Below are positions 1-12,143 of a stretch of DNA of 61,270 nt, piece after piece (position 1 is the stretch's first letter; every line of letters begins with the position of its first letter). Below the pieces are notes generated by a model. That model searched no databases, was not told the origin of the DNA, and worked only from the letters and a program-made list of their open reading frames with translations. The DNA lies in NCBI GenBank assembly GCA_948468275.1, contig CAOKHI010000004.1:1-61270 (forward strand), given 5' to 3'. Source of the DNA: an uncultured Clostridium sp. (lineage in GTDB: Bacteria; Bacillota; Clostridia; TANB77; CAG-508). Position numbers and translations under genes: made by a program.

Positions 1-51
1 AGTGTAAAATCTAAATAAAAACAAGAAAATGGGACAAACGAAAAAATTCTT

Positions 52-91
52 CAAACTTTTGTTTGACTTTCTTGTATTTTTATGATACTAT
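52..91 (+). promoter_or_regulatory. lexA promoter (TTGACT-17-TACTAT, extended TG) overlapped by palindrome CAAAC-N4-GTTTG, candidate SOS box
   Basis: Promoter hexamers at 63-68 and 86-91; palindrome at 52-65 resembles the Firmicute GAAC-N4-GTTC box. Confidence 0.5.
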
Positions 92-122
92 GTATGCAAA
101 TAAAAAAGAGGAGTGATTTTGT

Positions 123-779
123 GTGAAGAAAAAGAACACAAGTGAGTTAAATAAAAGAGAAAAATCTATTTTAAAATTTATTGAAAAACAAATAATATCA
201 AATGGCTATCCACCATCAGTTAGAGAAATTGGTCAAGCTGTAGGCTTAAAATCAACAGCTACTGTACATGGATATTTGGCAAAATTAGAATCTAAGGGGT
301 ACATAAAAAAAGAATCTCAAAAGGGAAGAACTTTGAAATTATTAAAAGGTGGAGATGGACAAAATAAACAACAAACACAAATGAAAGAATTTTATAGTGG
401 AAAAGAAATGGTAGAAGTACCTGTAATAGGTAAAATAACAGCAGGTGCACCGATTCTTGCAGTAGAAAATGTAACAGATACATTCCCTATACCAATAGAT
501 TTTGTCGGAAATAGTGAATCTTTTATGCTAACTGTTAGAGGAGAAAGTATGATAGAGGCAGGAATATTAGATGGTGATTATATTTTAGTAAAGAAACAAA
601 ATACAGCAAATAATGGGGAAATTGTAGTTGCATTAATAGAAGATGAAGCAACAGTAAAAACATTTTATAAGGAAAAAGACCATATACGTCTTCAACCTGA
701 AAACCAAACAATGGATCCAATAATAGTACCAGATTGCCAAATATTAGGAAAAGTTGCAGGTGTGTTTAGAAAAATGTAA
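123..779 (+). CDS. lexA: SOS repressor LexA
   Basis: GYPPSVREI wHTH, Ala-Gly cleavage site (ITAGAPI), GESM and ATVK catalytic motifs. Confidence 0.97.
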   Translation: MKKKNTSELNKREKSILKFIEKQIISNGYPPSVREIGQAVGLKSTATVHGYLAKLESKGYIKKESQKGRTLKLLKGGDGQNKQQTQMKEFYSGKEMVEVPVIGKITAGAPILAVENVTDTFPIPIDFVGNSESFMLTVRGESMIEAGILDGDYILVKKQNTANNGEIVVALIEDEATVKTFYKEKDHIRLQPENQTMDPIIVPDCQILGKVAGVFRKM

Positions 780-1161
780 TTTTATAGGTAATAGTTCTCA
801 AAGTATATTATTTCTAAAAAAGGCTATTTTCACAAGTTATAAGAATGATTTTTATTGTCTACTTCTTTTAAGAATGACTTATGGTAAAATAATTCTCTTA
901 CATTTTTTACAAATTAAATATTTTAGGTGGAACTTTCATTAAAAGTTACAAAATATTTATAATTATTAATATATTTTTGGGTAAAAAATGTATTAAGTAT
1001 ATATTTTTCCCAGATATAGTAAGAGAATTATTTTACCCAGAGGATGCCTAGAAAAGTTTTAGTTATTTTGTAGAATAAATTATTAATAATTTGCTTACAT
1101 AAAAATGGGCAATTAAAATTGCCCATATATTTAAATAATACATTAAAATATATTGAAATTA

Positions 1162-1871
1162 TTATAATCCGAATAGCACTTTCTAATGCTAGTGTAATCA
1201 TATTATTTAAAGAACTTTGTCGCTCTTCACTAGAAAGAATATCTTTCTTTACAAAGGAATCTGATACAGATAAAATACAACTTGCATTTTTTTCTAAAAC
1301 ATTTGCATTATGGAACAATGCAAATGATTCCATTTCAACTCCAACACAATTATATTTTTCTACTAAATCATTATAATTAGCTATATCTGAATAAAACACA
1401 TCTGAACAATGAACAGTGTTAAAATGAATAGGCAAGTCTAAAGATTTAGCAGTGTTTAAAATAACATTATTAATGCTATAACTTGAAGCAATAACATTAT
1501 CTGTGCAACCATTTTGAAATTTAGCATATGTTGAATTAGAAAAAGCATCTTTTACAAGAATTAAATCTTTTAAATTTAAATCATCAACATAAGCACCACA
1601 AGTACCTATACGAATAATATTATCAACATCATAAAATTTAAACAATTCATAAGAATAAATACCAACACTAGGCATACCCATTCCGTGAAGCCATAACAGA
1701 AACCTTTTTTTCTTTATAATATCCAGTGTATGCAAAAATATTACGAACACAATTAACCAAAACAGCATCATGTAAATAATTATCAGCAACAAATTTAGCA
1801 CGTAATGGATCACCTGGCATAATAACTGTTTTTGCAAAATCATCTTTATTAGAACTTATATGTGGTGTCAT
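1162..1871 (-). CDS. deoD: Purine nucleoside phosphorylase DeoD, 235 aa if the surplus C at 1685 and at 1171 are skipped
   Basis: MTPHI, MPGDPLRA, S-GMGMPS, RIGTCG, VEMES motifs; GGAGG RBS; split over ORFs 1668..1907 and 1028..1843. Confidence 0.93.
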
Positions 1872-2106
1872 AACAAAACCTCCAATTATTAATTTTTTAT
1901 AAATCAATTTTAATATATAGTATGGAAATATTCAATGGTTTTATAAAAAGGTTTTAATATATTAGAAATTAAAAAAATAAATAGTATATAAAATAATAGA
2001 CATTTGAAAACAAATGTTATAAAATGTTTATCGTAGAAAGTAAGTTAAGCAGATGTGTATGCTTCCTTTTACCTTGATTTTTTATCAAGAGTCAGGAGAT
2101 GAGGCT

Positions 2107-2166
2107 ATGTTAGAAATATTAGCAATCTATATTATAGGATTAATTGTATCAATAACAATTGTATAA
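2107..2166 (+). CDS. 19-aa hydrophobic peptide MLEILAIYIIGLIVSITIV, type I toxin-like
   Basis: RBS (AGGAG/GAGG); leader shares TAAGCAGATGTG and a TAGACA -35 with the 7.0-kb locus. Confidence 0.4.
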   Translation: MLEILAIYIIGLIVSITIV

Positions 2167-2344
2167 AAAATGATAAAACATAGGAGGAAAATAGAAATGA
2201 GTGGTATTAGAGGAATTGCATAGATTGCTTTGATTATAATAATAATAGTATTACTTATTGTACTTTACTTATAGAATTTTATATACAAATATAAAGACTT
2301 ATAGATAAAATATAATTATAAGATAATAGAAAGAGAGAAAAAGT

Positions 2345-3664
2345 ATGAATATAGGGTTTGTTTCTTTAGGATGTAGTAAGAATTTGGTTGATACAGAAAT
2401 GATGATTGGATTGTTTAAGAATAATGGCTATAATGTGGTTAATAATCCAAAAGAGGCTGATATTATTTTGATAAATACATGTGGTTTTATTGAAACTGCT
2501 AAAGAAGAAGCTATTAATACAATTTTGGAGATGGCAGAGTATAAAAAGAAAAGATGTAAATATGTTATTGTAACAGGATGTTTGGTACAAAGGTATAAAG
2601 ATGAGCTACAAAAGGCTATTCCAGAGGTGGATTTGTTTGTGGCTTGTGAAAGTTATGAGGAATTTTGGACTCTAGTGTCTAGTAAAATTCCAAAAATAGT
2701 TGTAGACAATAAGTATAACAAATTGGATTATTTAAATAGAGTTATTACAACAGGTGATAAAATGGCATATTTGAAAATTGCAGAAGGTTGTAGCAATAGA
2801 TGCACATATTGTGCTATTCCATATATAAGAGGTCCATTTGTAAGTAGAAAAATGGAGGATATATTAAAAGAAGCACAAAATCTTGCCCAAAACGGTATAA
2901 AGGAATTAATTGTTATTGCTCAAGATACTACAAAATATGGAGTAGATATATATGGAAAACCTTGTCTTTCAGAATTATTAAGTAAACTGTGCCAAATAGA
3001 GCAAATACAATGGATACGATTTTTATATGCCTATCCTGAAACAATTACAGAAGAGTTAATACAAGTGGTAAAGAATAATGATAAAATTTGTAATTATTTT
3101 GATATACCAATACAACATATATCTAACAAGGTATTAAAAAGAATGAATAGGAAAAGTGATAGTAATTCTATAAAAGCTTTAATGGATAATATAAGAAAAG
3201 AAATACCAGATGTAATATTAAGAACAACAGTAATTGTAGGTTTTCCAGGGGAAACACAAGAGGACTTTACTCAATTATATGAATTTATTAAACAAACTAA
3301 ATTCAATAAATTAGGTGCATTTATGTATTCAAAAGAAGATGGAACACCAGCTGAAAAATTACCAATGCAAATACATCAAGCAACAAAGAAAAGTAGATAT
3401 AATAAAATAATGAGTATGCAAAAACAAATTTCTAAGGATATTTTAAATAGTAAAATTGGAAAAGAATATAATGTTTTAATAGAAGCGAAGTCATTTGATG
3501 GAAAATATTATATAGGAAGAACATATATGGATGTTCCTGATATGGATGGGGTAATATTTGTGAAAAATGATGGTGATAATGATTTAATAGGAAACTTTAT
3601 TAAGTGCAAAGTAGAAGATGTAAAAGAGTATGATTTAATAGGAAAAGTAGTAAGATGTGAATGA
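2345..3664 (+). CDS. rimO: Ribosomal protein S12 methylthiotransferase RimO
   Basis: SLGCSKNLVD, NTCGFI, radical SAM CSNRCTYC, C-terminal TRAM domain. Confidence 0.96.
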   Translation: MNIGFVSLGCSKNLVDTEMMIGLFKNNGYNVVNNPKEADIILINTCGFIETAKEEAINTILEMAEYKKKRCKYVIVTGCLVQRYKDELQKAIPEVDLFVACESYEEFWTLVSSKIPKIVVDNKYNKLDYLNRVITTGDKMAYLKIAEGCSNRCTYCAIPYIRGPFVSRKMEDILKEAQNLAQNGIKELIVIAQDTTKYGVDIYGKPCLSELLSKLCQIEQIQWIRFLYAYPETITEELIQVVKNNDKICNYFDIPIQHISNKVLKRMNRKSDSNSIKALMDNIRKEIPDVILRTTVIVGFPGETQEDFTQLYEFIKQTKFNKLGAFMYSKEDGTPAEKLPMQIHQATKKSRYNKIMSMQKQISKDILNSKIGKEYNVLIEAKSFDGKYYIGRTYMDVPDMDGVIFVKNDGDNDLIGNFIKCKVEDVKEYDLIGKVVRCE

Positions 3665-3700
3665 TTATTTGTGAAATTAGATTTTAATAAGTTTTCATAC

Positions 3701-3746
3701 AATAATATTTAGGAGATGATTATTAATCACCTCCTAAATATTATTA
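3701..3746. terminator. Bidirectional intrinsic terminator between rimO and rbr
   Basis: AATAATATTTAGGAG...CTCCTAAATATTATT inverted repeat between convergent genes. Confidence 0.75.
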
Positions 3747-3781
3747 AAAACTTTTACATTATTGCAATTATTTAAGCAATA

Positions 3782-4315
3782 TTAATAATTTTCAGCTTGA
3801 ATTTCAAAATAAGCCTTTGGATGAGCACATACAGGGCATACTTCTGGTGCTTCTAAACCAACATGAATATGTCCACAATTTCTACATTTCCATACAACAA
3901 TACTGCCTTTTTTAAACACGGTACCAGTTTCTAAATTATCAAGAAGTTTTCTAAATCTTTCTTCATGATGTTTTTCAACTTCTGCTATTTGTTTAAAACG
4001 TAAAGCGATTTCAGTAAAACCTTCTTCTTCAGCAACTTTTGCAAAAGTTGCATACATGTCTGTCCATTCATAATTCTCACCGGCAGCTGCATCAGCTAAA
4101 TTTGATTTTGTATCTCCAATTCCTTGTAAATATTTAAAATGAATTTTTGCATGCTCTTTTTCATTTTCAGCAGTTTCTAAAAATAAAGCAGCAATTTGTT
4201 CATACCCTTCCTTTTTTGCAACACTAGCAAAATAAGTATATTTATTTCTTGCTTCTGATTCACCAGAAAATGCAGCTTTTAAATTAGCTTCTGTTTTAGA
4301 ACCTTTTAATTCCAT
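3782..4315 (-). CDS. rbr: Rubrerythrin
   Basis: [18 protein letters not shown]-terminal CRNCG...CPVC rubredoxin domain. Confidence 0.95.
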   Translation of the reverse strand: MELKGSKTEANLKAAFSGESEARNKYTYFASVAKKEGYEQIAALFLETAENEKEHAKIHFKYLQGIGDTKSNLADAAAGENYEWTDMYATFAKVAEEEGFTEIALRFKQIAEVEKHHEERFRKLLDNLETGTVFKKGSIVVWKCRNCGHIHVGLEAPEVCPVCAHPKAYFEIQAENY

Positions 4316-4481
4316 AAACAATACCTCCTCAATTATTTTATGAATATATACTAATTCAAAAAATAGAAAATGTCAATACAAAAATTGGTAGCAATTGGAA
4401 AAAAATACTATAATAAACTACTTGTACTATATACAAAATTCTTGTATAATGGTATGGAATAAATATACGAAAGGAAATAGG

Positions 4482-5825
4482 ATGGAAGAGAAAAAAAATA
4501 AAAAATTTTTAGGAAGAGTTATATATTTTGTTGTGCTAATTATTTTAATTGCTATAGTTTTTAAATTATTTAGCATATATAGGCTATATAGTTTTAACGA
4601 ATTTTCTAAAATCGAACAAACACCATATTTGTCTACTTTTTCAAGAGATGATAAAATAAAGTATACAGATAACGCAAGTTATAAAATAGAATCAACAAAA
4701 TCTAATGATGCAATGTTTTATAAAACTATAAAAGTTGAAAAATTCAAACCATATAAAGTAACTTGTATGGTAAAAACACAAGATGTAAAAACAATAAAAG
4801 AACATTCTATGGCAGGTGCACATATTAGTATTGAAAATACAGTGGAAAAGTCTGATAGTATTACAGGAACTAATGATTGGCAAAAATTAGAATTCATATT
4901 TAATTCAAAAAATAGGACAAGTGTAAATTTGGGATTTAGATTAGGTGGATATGATGATAATTGCACAGGAACGGCATGGTTTTCAGACTTTACAATAGAA
5001 ATGGGGGTTCAAAGTACAGATACAAATTGGAAATTTGCATTTTTGGTATTTGAAAAAACAGATGTAAATATAGATGGAAATAATGTGAAATTAAATATGA
5101 ATTCAACAGATATAAGCGATTTGAGGCAAAATATGTCAAGATTTAAAACATCATGTGAAGAATTATCAAATGGAAAAATGAGTGCAGAATGTGATTTTAT
5201 AACAATAGATACACCAATAACATCACTTACATATGATGAAGAAAATGGTTATTATATAGCACCTGAGAATGTTAAAGACATTATACCCAAATATATAAAA
5301 GGTAAAAATTATGATCACATATTTATAGCAGTAAGATTAGGTGACAATATACATCAATCAGAAATACCTGTAAATGATTGGATTGGACTAGGCGGAATGG
5401 ATTATGATGGAATAGGATTTTCTAATATAAGATTACCAAATAGTAGCAAAAGTTTTATATATAAATATGATGCAAGAGTAAATACATTTCCAGAAGAAGT
5501 ATTTATACATGAATTTTTACATACATTAGAAAGAAATTCAGAAGAATTTGGATATAAAGTACCTAAACTACATGATAGTGAGTTATATAATTATACAAAT
5601 GAAAGATTAACAGGTCTAAAAAAGTGGTATTCAGATTATATGACATGTAATATAAAAGATTTACAAGGAGAAAAGATTGGATTAAATAGTGATATATATA
5701 AATTTAAACCAAATAAAAATGAAGATTTTAAATTTTCATATAAATTAAATGAATTCAAAGAACCACAAAATTTAATAGAAGAAATTAGAATGTTATTAAA
5801 TCAAATAATAGATAAATTAACATAG
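4482..5825 (+). CDS. Membrane-anchored protein with a carbohydrate-binding-like domain and HEXXH metallopeptidase motif
   Basis: N-terminal TM helix; GTNDWQKLEF...GTAWFSDF CBM-like segment; HEFLH motif. Confidence 0.6.
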   Translation: MEEKKNKKFLGRVIYFVVLIILIAIVFKLFSIYRLYSFNEFSKIEQTPYLSTFSRDDKIKYTDNASYKIESTKSNDAMFYKTIKVEKFKPYKVTCMVKTQDVKTIKEHSMAGAHISIENTVEKSDSITGTNDWQKLEFIFNSKNRTSVNLGFRLGGYDDNCTGTAWFSDFTIEMGVQSTDTNWKFAFLVFEKTDVNIDGNNVKLNMNSTDISDLRQNMSRFKTSCEELSNGKMSAECDFITIDTPITSLTYDEENGYYIAPENVKDIIPKYIKGKNYDHIFIAVRLGDNIHQSEIPVNDWIGLGGMDYDGIGFSNIRLPNSSKSFIYKYDARVNTFPEEVFIHEFLHTLERNSEEFGYKVPKLHDSELYNYTNERLTGLKKWYSDYMTCNIKDLQGEKIGLNSDIYKFKPNKNEDFKFSYKLNEFKEPQNLIEEIRMLLNQIIDKLT

Positions 5826-5852
5826 AACAAAGAAGAAGGGAATGTAATATAA

Positions 5853-6875
5853 TTGGAAGTTTCAGAATTTAAATATGATTTACCAGAAGAATTAATTGCA
5901 CAAACACCAATAGAAAAAAGAGATACATCAAGACTTATGGTATTAGATAGAAAAACAAAAAGTATAGAACATAAAATTTTTAAAGATATATTAGATTATT
6001 TACAACCAGGAGATTGCTTAGTAATAAACAATACAAAAGTAATACCAGCACGTTTGTATGGAAAAAAAGATACTGGTGCAAATGTAGAATTTTTATTACT
6101 AAATCAAATTAATGCAAATACTTGGGAAGCAATGGTAAGACCAGGAAGAAAATTATTAAAAGGCACAAAAGTAACATTTGGTGATGGATTGTTAATAGCA
6201 ACTATTCAAGATGTATTAGAAGGTGGAAATAGAAGAGTAGAATTTGAATATGAAGGAATTTTTAATGAAATTTTAGACAAGATAGGATTAATGCCTTTAC
6301 CACCATATATAAAAGAAAGCTTAAAAGAAAAAGACAGATATCAAACAGTATATGCAAAACATGAAGGCTCAGCAGCAGCTCCAACAGCAGGATTACACTT
6401 TACTAATGACTTATTAGAAGAAATTACAAAAAAAGGTGTAGAAATAGCAAATGTTACACTACATGTTGGAATAGGAACATTTAGACCTGTAAAGGTAAAA
6501 ACTATAGAAGAACATAATATGCATTCAGAACATTTTTATATAAAACAAGAAGATGTAGATAAGATAAATAGAGCAAAACAAAATAAAAAAAGAGTAATAG
6601 CAGTAGGAACAACATCATGTAGAGTATTAGAAACAATAGCAAATGAAGAAGGACAAGTAAAACAATGCGAGCAGGATACAAACATATTCATATATCCAGG
6701 GTATAAATTCAAATGTGTAGATGCACTAATAACAAATTTTCACTTACCAGAATCAACACTAATAATGTTAGTATCAGCATTTGCGCAGAAAGACTATGTA
6801 ATACAAGCATATAAAAAAGCAGTACAAGAAAAATATAAATTTTTCAGTTTTGGAGATGCGATGTTTATACAATAG
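5853..6875 (+). CDS. queA: S-adenosylmethionine:tRNA ribosyltransferase-isomerase
   Basis: [41 protein letters not shown]. Confidence 0.98.
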   Translation: MEVSEFKYDLPEELIAQTPIEKRDTSRLMVLDRKTKSIEHKIFKDILDYLQPGDCLVINNTKVIPARLYGKKDTGANVEFLLLNQINANTWEAMVRPGRKLLKGTKVTFGDGLLIATIQDVLEGGNRRVEFEYEGIFNEILDKIGLMPLPPYIKESLKEKDRYQTVYAKHEGSAAAPTAGLHFTNDLLEEITKKGVEIANVTLHVGIGTFRPVKVKTIEEHNMHSEHFYIKQEDVDKINRAKQNKKRVIAVGTTSCRVLETIANEEGQVKQCEQDTNIFIYPGYKFKCVDALITNFHLPESTLIMLVSAFAQKDYVIQAYKKAVQEKYKFFSFGDAMFIQ

Positions 6876-7017
6876 CAATGATTTTTTCATAGAAAACTTA
6901 TAATTTTATAGACATAATTAAAATAATATTGTAGAATAATAAAACAGGGAATGATAATAAGCAGATGTGGTTTTGCCACCTTAATTTTACACTAATGGTA
7001 AGAAGGTGGTGATATTT

Positions 7018-7101
7018 ATGATTAAAGTAATACTATTTTTTATAATATCCTTAATGATATCTTTAACATTAAATGTTGCCCTTAACAACAGTTCTGTATA
7101 A
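7018..7101 (+). CDS. 27-aa hydrophobic peptide MIKVILFFIISLMISLTLNVALNNSSV, candidate type I toxin
   Basis: RBS AAGGTGGTG sequestered by upstream CCACCTT; promoter TAGACA-17-TAGAAT at 6909-6937. Confidence 0.6.
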   Translation: MIKVILFFIISLMISLTLNVALNNSSV

Positions 7102-7109
7102 GAACTGGG

Positions 7110-7256
7110 TTAATAAGCAACTACATAAATAAGAAAAGCTCACATCTGTAACTTTGACGAGTTGATGTGAGTTTTCATATATTCTCGGCAAACCCCACGT
7201 TTGTGGATTTGTCATTTCCTATATTTATTATAATATATATATTAGTAAAAAGTCAA
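7110..7256 (-). ncRNA. Candidate antisense antitoxin RNA with its own promoter
   Basis: Minus-strand TTGACT-18-TATAAT (7256-7227) pointing into the peptide 3' region; hairpin AAAGCTCACATC...GATGTGAGTTTT. Confidence 0.45.
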
Positions 7257-7295
7257 GAAATTAACAATTAATTACAGTTTATTTCATTATTAGTT

Positions 7296-7344
7296 GTTAC
7301 TATAGCCCATAGCAGATTTTATTATATATGCTGTGAACTGTAAC
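7296..7344 (+). mobile_element. Internally deleted 49-bp derivative of the 181-bp MITE
   Basis: GTTAC start, conserved right end GATTTTATTATATATGCTGTGAACTGTAAC, flanks TATTAGTT/TAGTAGTT. Confidence 0.75.
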
Positions 7345-7404
7345 TAGTAGTTAATGGTATTTATAAAAAATGAAAACTAAGAAGATTTCTTGCAAATTAT
7401 CTGA

Positions 7405-8586
<1,182 letters not shown>

Positions 8587-8600
8587 AAGGAGGAAAAGAT

Positions 8601-10004
8601 ATGCAAATAAAAGGAGGAAAAATAGTTACAGAAGGGAAAGAAAAGAAGAATAAAACATCAAAAATATTGTTAATATGCATGGGATTAATATTAGTATTAA
8701 TTATTGCTATTATAGGACTTATTATATATGTACAACAAAATGTATTTAGAATATATGTAGATGGAAAAGTTGTTAACATGCCTGAAGATGTTATAATAAT
8801 AGAAGATACAGGAAAAATATATGTATCTATAAAAGATATAGCTAAATATTTAGGATATGAATCACATAATGGAGAATATAAGCTATATACAGAAGATACA
8901 AACAAGTGCTATGTAGAAAATAAAAATGAAACAGCATCATTTTTCTTAAATTCAAATAAAATATCGAAAGTAAAACCAGACCAAAAAAAAGATTATGAAG
9001 ACTATACTATTTCAGATGCAGTTATAAGTAAAAATGACAAATTGTACTGTACTCCAGAAGGAATAAAAATAGGATTTAATGTAACATTTGAATATAGCAA
9101 ACAAGAAAATAATATAAAAATATTTACATTGCCATATCTTGTAAAATACTATGATGCTTCAATTAAGTCATATGGATATGAAGGAGTTAGCACAAATTTT
9201 GAAAATCAAAAAGCAATATTGTATGATATGTTTGTTGTAAGGAAAGAAAAAGGACTATATGGAGTTATAACAAGTAAAAATAAAGAAATAATAAGTTCAA
9301 GATATTCCCAAATGGAATTTAATGAAAATTTACAAGAATTTTATGTAACAAGTACCACAAATAAAGTTGGAATTGTAGATGTACAAGCAAATACAAAAAT
9401 TAATTTATTATATGATGAAATAAAAATGCTAGATAAAGATACAGGATTATATATTGTAAAAAGTAATAATAGATATGGAGTACTAAATAGAGCAGGAGAT
9501 ACAATAATACATTTAGAATATGAGCAAATAGGAATAGACACAACTAAATTTCCACGTAATAATGTAAAAAATAAATATTTATTATTTAATAATGCAATAC
9601 CCGTATATCAAAATAAAAAATGGGGAATGTTTGATATAACAGGAAAGTTAATAATTCCATTAGAATTTGATTATGTAGGATATACAGCTGGTTCTGGAAA
9701 TAAGGTTGTAAATAATTTATTAATTATACCAAGCTATAAAGCAATAGTATTAGGAAAAGATATACAACAAGAAAGAAGTAAAGTAAGAAAATATGCAATA
9801 TATGATTATGAAGGAAACCAAATTGTTCCATGTGAATTAGATGATGCATATTCTATAACAAGTGGAGGAGTAGATACTTACTATATGGATTATGGAGATC
9901 AGCATGATGTAAATATAGAACGATATATAGAAAAATTATATTCAATACAAGGAAAAACAAAGCCAACAACAGATACATCAAATGATGAAAATGAAGAAGA
10001 TTAA
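8601..10004 (+). CDS. Membrane-anchored WG-repeat-like extracellular protein
   Basis: N-terminal TM helix; repeated YG(V/M)...G..II...Y units. Confidence 0.6.
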   Translation: MQIKGGKIVTEGKEKKNKTSKILLICMGLILVLIIAIIGLIIYVQQNVFRIYVDGKVVNMPEDVIIIEDTGKIYVSIKDIAKYLGYESHNGEYKLYTEDTNKCYVENKNETASFFLNSNKISKVKPDQKKDYEDYTISDAVISKNDKLYCTPEGIKIGFNVTFEYSKQENNIKIFTLPYLVKYYDASIKSYGYEGVSTNFENQKAILYDMFVVRKEKGLYGVITSKNKEIISSRYSQMEFNENLQEFYVTSTTNKVGIVDVQANTKINLLYDEIKMLDKDTGLYIVKSNNRYGVLNRAGDTIIHLEYEQIGIDTTKFPRNNVKNKYLLFNNAIPVYQNKKWGMFDITGKLIIPLEFDYVGYTAGSGNKVVNNLLIIPSYKAIVLGKDIQQERSKVRKYAIYDYEGNQIVPCELDDAYSITSGGVDTYYMDYGDQHDVNIERYIEKLYSIQGKTKPTTDTSNDENEED

Positions 10005-10023
10005 AAAGAAAAGGGGTAAAATA

Positions 10024-11682
10024 ATGGATTATAAAGATTTAGCAAATACAATATTTCCAAATGTTAAGGATATATCATTTTATGAAGAAAAGTATAACAA
10101 AAGAGAGCTAGAACAAGGAGCTATAGTAACAAGGTTTGCTCCAAGTCCAACAGGTTTTGTGCATATAGGAGGACTATACCAAGCGTCAATTGCAAAAAAA
10201 GTTGCAAAACAATCAAATGGTGTATTTTTCTTAAGAATAGAAGATACAGATCAAAAAAGAGAAGTTGAAAATGGTGTAGTAGGAATAATAGAAGCATTAA
10301 AAGAATTTTATATACAAGCTGATGAAGGTATGATTGATGAAGAAAACTATAAAGGAAATTATGGACCATATAAACAATCTGTAAGAAAAGAAATATATCA
10401 AGCATATGCTAAATATTTAATAGAAAGAGGATATGCATATCCATGCTTTTGCACAGCAGATGAGTTAAACGATATGAGGCAAAAGCAAGAAGTAGCAAAA
10501 ATTAGAACAGGGTATTATGGGGTATGGGCAAAATGTAGAAAAATACCTGTTAATGAAGCAATAGAAAAAATAAAAGCTGGAGATGAATTTATTTTAAGAC
10601 TAAAATCACCAGGAAATCCAGAAAAGAAAATAAAGCACCATGATTTAATAAAAGGAAATGTAGATTTTCCTGAAAATGATCAAGATATAGTTATAATAAA
10701 ATCTGATGGATTGCCAACATATCATTTTGCACATGCAGTAGATGATCACTTAATGGGAACAACATGTGTAATACGTGGAGATGAATGGTTATCTTCAATA
10801 CCATTACATTTACAACTATTTTATTGCTTAGGATTTAAAGCACCAAAATATGCACATATTGCACCAATAATGAAAGAAGAAGATGGAGCAAAACGAAAAC
10901 TAAGTAAAAGAAAAGATCCAGAAGCTGCTGTTAGTTATTATGCGCAACAAGGAATACCACATGAAGCGGTTAATGAATATTTGTTAAATATAGCAAATTC
11001 TAATTTTGAGCAATGGAGAAAACAAAATCCAGATGCTAAAGTAGATGAATTTGAGCTACAATTAAATAAAATGAGTGTAAGTGGAGCACTTTTTGATATG
11101 GTAAAATTATTAGATATTTCTAAAAGAGTTATATCTAAATATACAGCGCAAAAAGTATATGATGAAACTATATTATGGGCTAAAAAATATGATAATGATT
11201 TGTGCAAATTATTAGAGGAAAATAAAGAATATACTTTAAAGGTTTTAGGAATAGAGCGAGGAAATGTAAAACCAAGAAGAGATATAGCAAAATGGTCAGA
11301 TGTAAAAGAAAATATAGAATATATGTATGATGATGAATTTTATAAAAACAATGCAAAATATGAATTTCAAAATATTAATGATAAACAAGAAATAAGAGAT
11401 ATTATAAAGTCATATATAGAAAAATATTATAATTCAGAAGACGATAAACAAACATGGTTCAATAAAATAAAAGAATTAGCAGATGAAAAAGGATATGCAA
11501 AAGAAGTAAAAGAATATAAACAAGCACCAGAAAAATATAAAGGGCATGTAGGAGATATAAGTACATTAATAAGAATAGCATTAACTGCACGACAAAACAC
11601 ACCAGATATGTATGAAATAATGAATGTATTAGGAAAAGAAAGTGTAATAAAAAGATTACAACATGCAATAGAAAGTTTATAG
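10024..11682 (+). CDS. gltX: Glutamate-tRNA ligase
   Basis: TRFAPSPTG, HIGG, RIEDTD, KLSKR. Confidence 0.95.
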   Translation: MDYKDLANTIFPNVKDISFYEEKYNKRELEQGAIVTRFAPSPTGFVHIGGLYQASIAKKVAKQSNGVFFLRIEDTDQKREVENGVVGIIEALKEFYIQADEGMIDEENYKGNYGPYKQSVRKEIYQAYAKYLIERGYAYPCFCTADELNDMRQKQEVAKIRTGYYGVWAKCRKIPVNEAIEKIKAGDEFILRLKSPGNPEKKIKHHDLIKGNVDFPENDQDIVIIKSDGLPTYHFAHAVDDHLMGTTCVIRGDEWLSSIPLHLQLFYCLGFKAPKYAHIAPIMKEEDGAKRKLSKRKDPEAAVSYYAQQGIPHEAVNEYLLNIANSNFEQWRKQNPDAKVDEFELQLNKMSVSGALFDMVKLLDISKRVISKYTAQKVYDETILWAKKYDNDLCKLLEENKEYTLKVLGIERGNVKPRRDIAKWSDVKENIEYMYDDEFYKNNAKYEFQNINDKQEIRDIIKSYIEKYYNSEDDKQTWFNKIKELADEKGYAKEVKEYKQAPEKYKGHVGDISTLIRIALTARQNTPDMYEIMNVLGKESVIKRLQHAIESL

Positions 11683-11762
11683 GAGAATAAAGGAATGAAA
11701 GAAATAAAAAATTTTCATTCCTTTGTGTGTCTAAAATATGCAAGAAAGGAATGGAATTTCTG

Positions 11763-11942
11763 ATGGAATATAATATAGGAGATAAAGTAAGAACTAAAAA
11801 AGTACATCCATGTGGAAGTAAAATTTGGGAAATAACTCGTGTTGGTGTAGATTTTAAATTAAAATGTTTAGGATGTGGACATATAATAACAGTAGAAAGA
11901 CCAAAAGCATTGAAGATGATTACGAAGAAAATAGAAGAATAG
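11763..11942 (+). CDS. DUF951 family protein
   Basis: KKVHPCGSKIWEITRVGVDFKLKCLGCGH. Confidence 0.9.
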   Translation: MEYNIGDKVRTKKVHPCGSKIWEITRVGVDFKLKCLGCGHIITVERPKALKMITKKIEE

Positions 11943-11946
11943 AAAT

Positions 11947-12047
11947 AACGGGTATTCTACCGCAGGGAGGGATGTAGGGTATTCATTACAAAATAAAATA
12001 TATTACTTAGTCGTAGCTACTTACTGCTATTTTGTAATTATTGTAAC
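11947..12047 (-). mobile_element. Diverged left half of the MITE, inverted orientation
   Basis: Reverse complement reads GTTACAAT...ATAGCAGTAAGTAGC..GACTAAGTAATATATTTTATTTTGTAATGAA...GAATACCCGT. Confidence 0.8.
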
Positions 12048-12143
12048 AGTTATTACAATAATTACAAAAAAATTACAATAAAGGCTGTATAAATAATTGC
12101 TTTTAGTATATAATCACAATATATAAAAAAAAGGAGTGATTTT

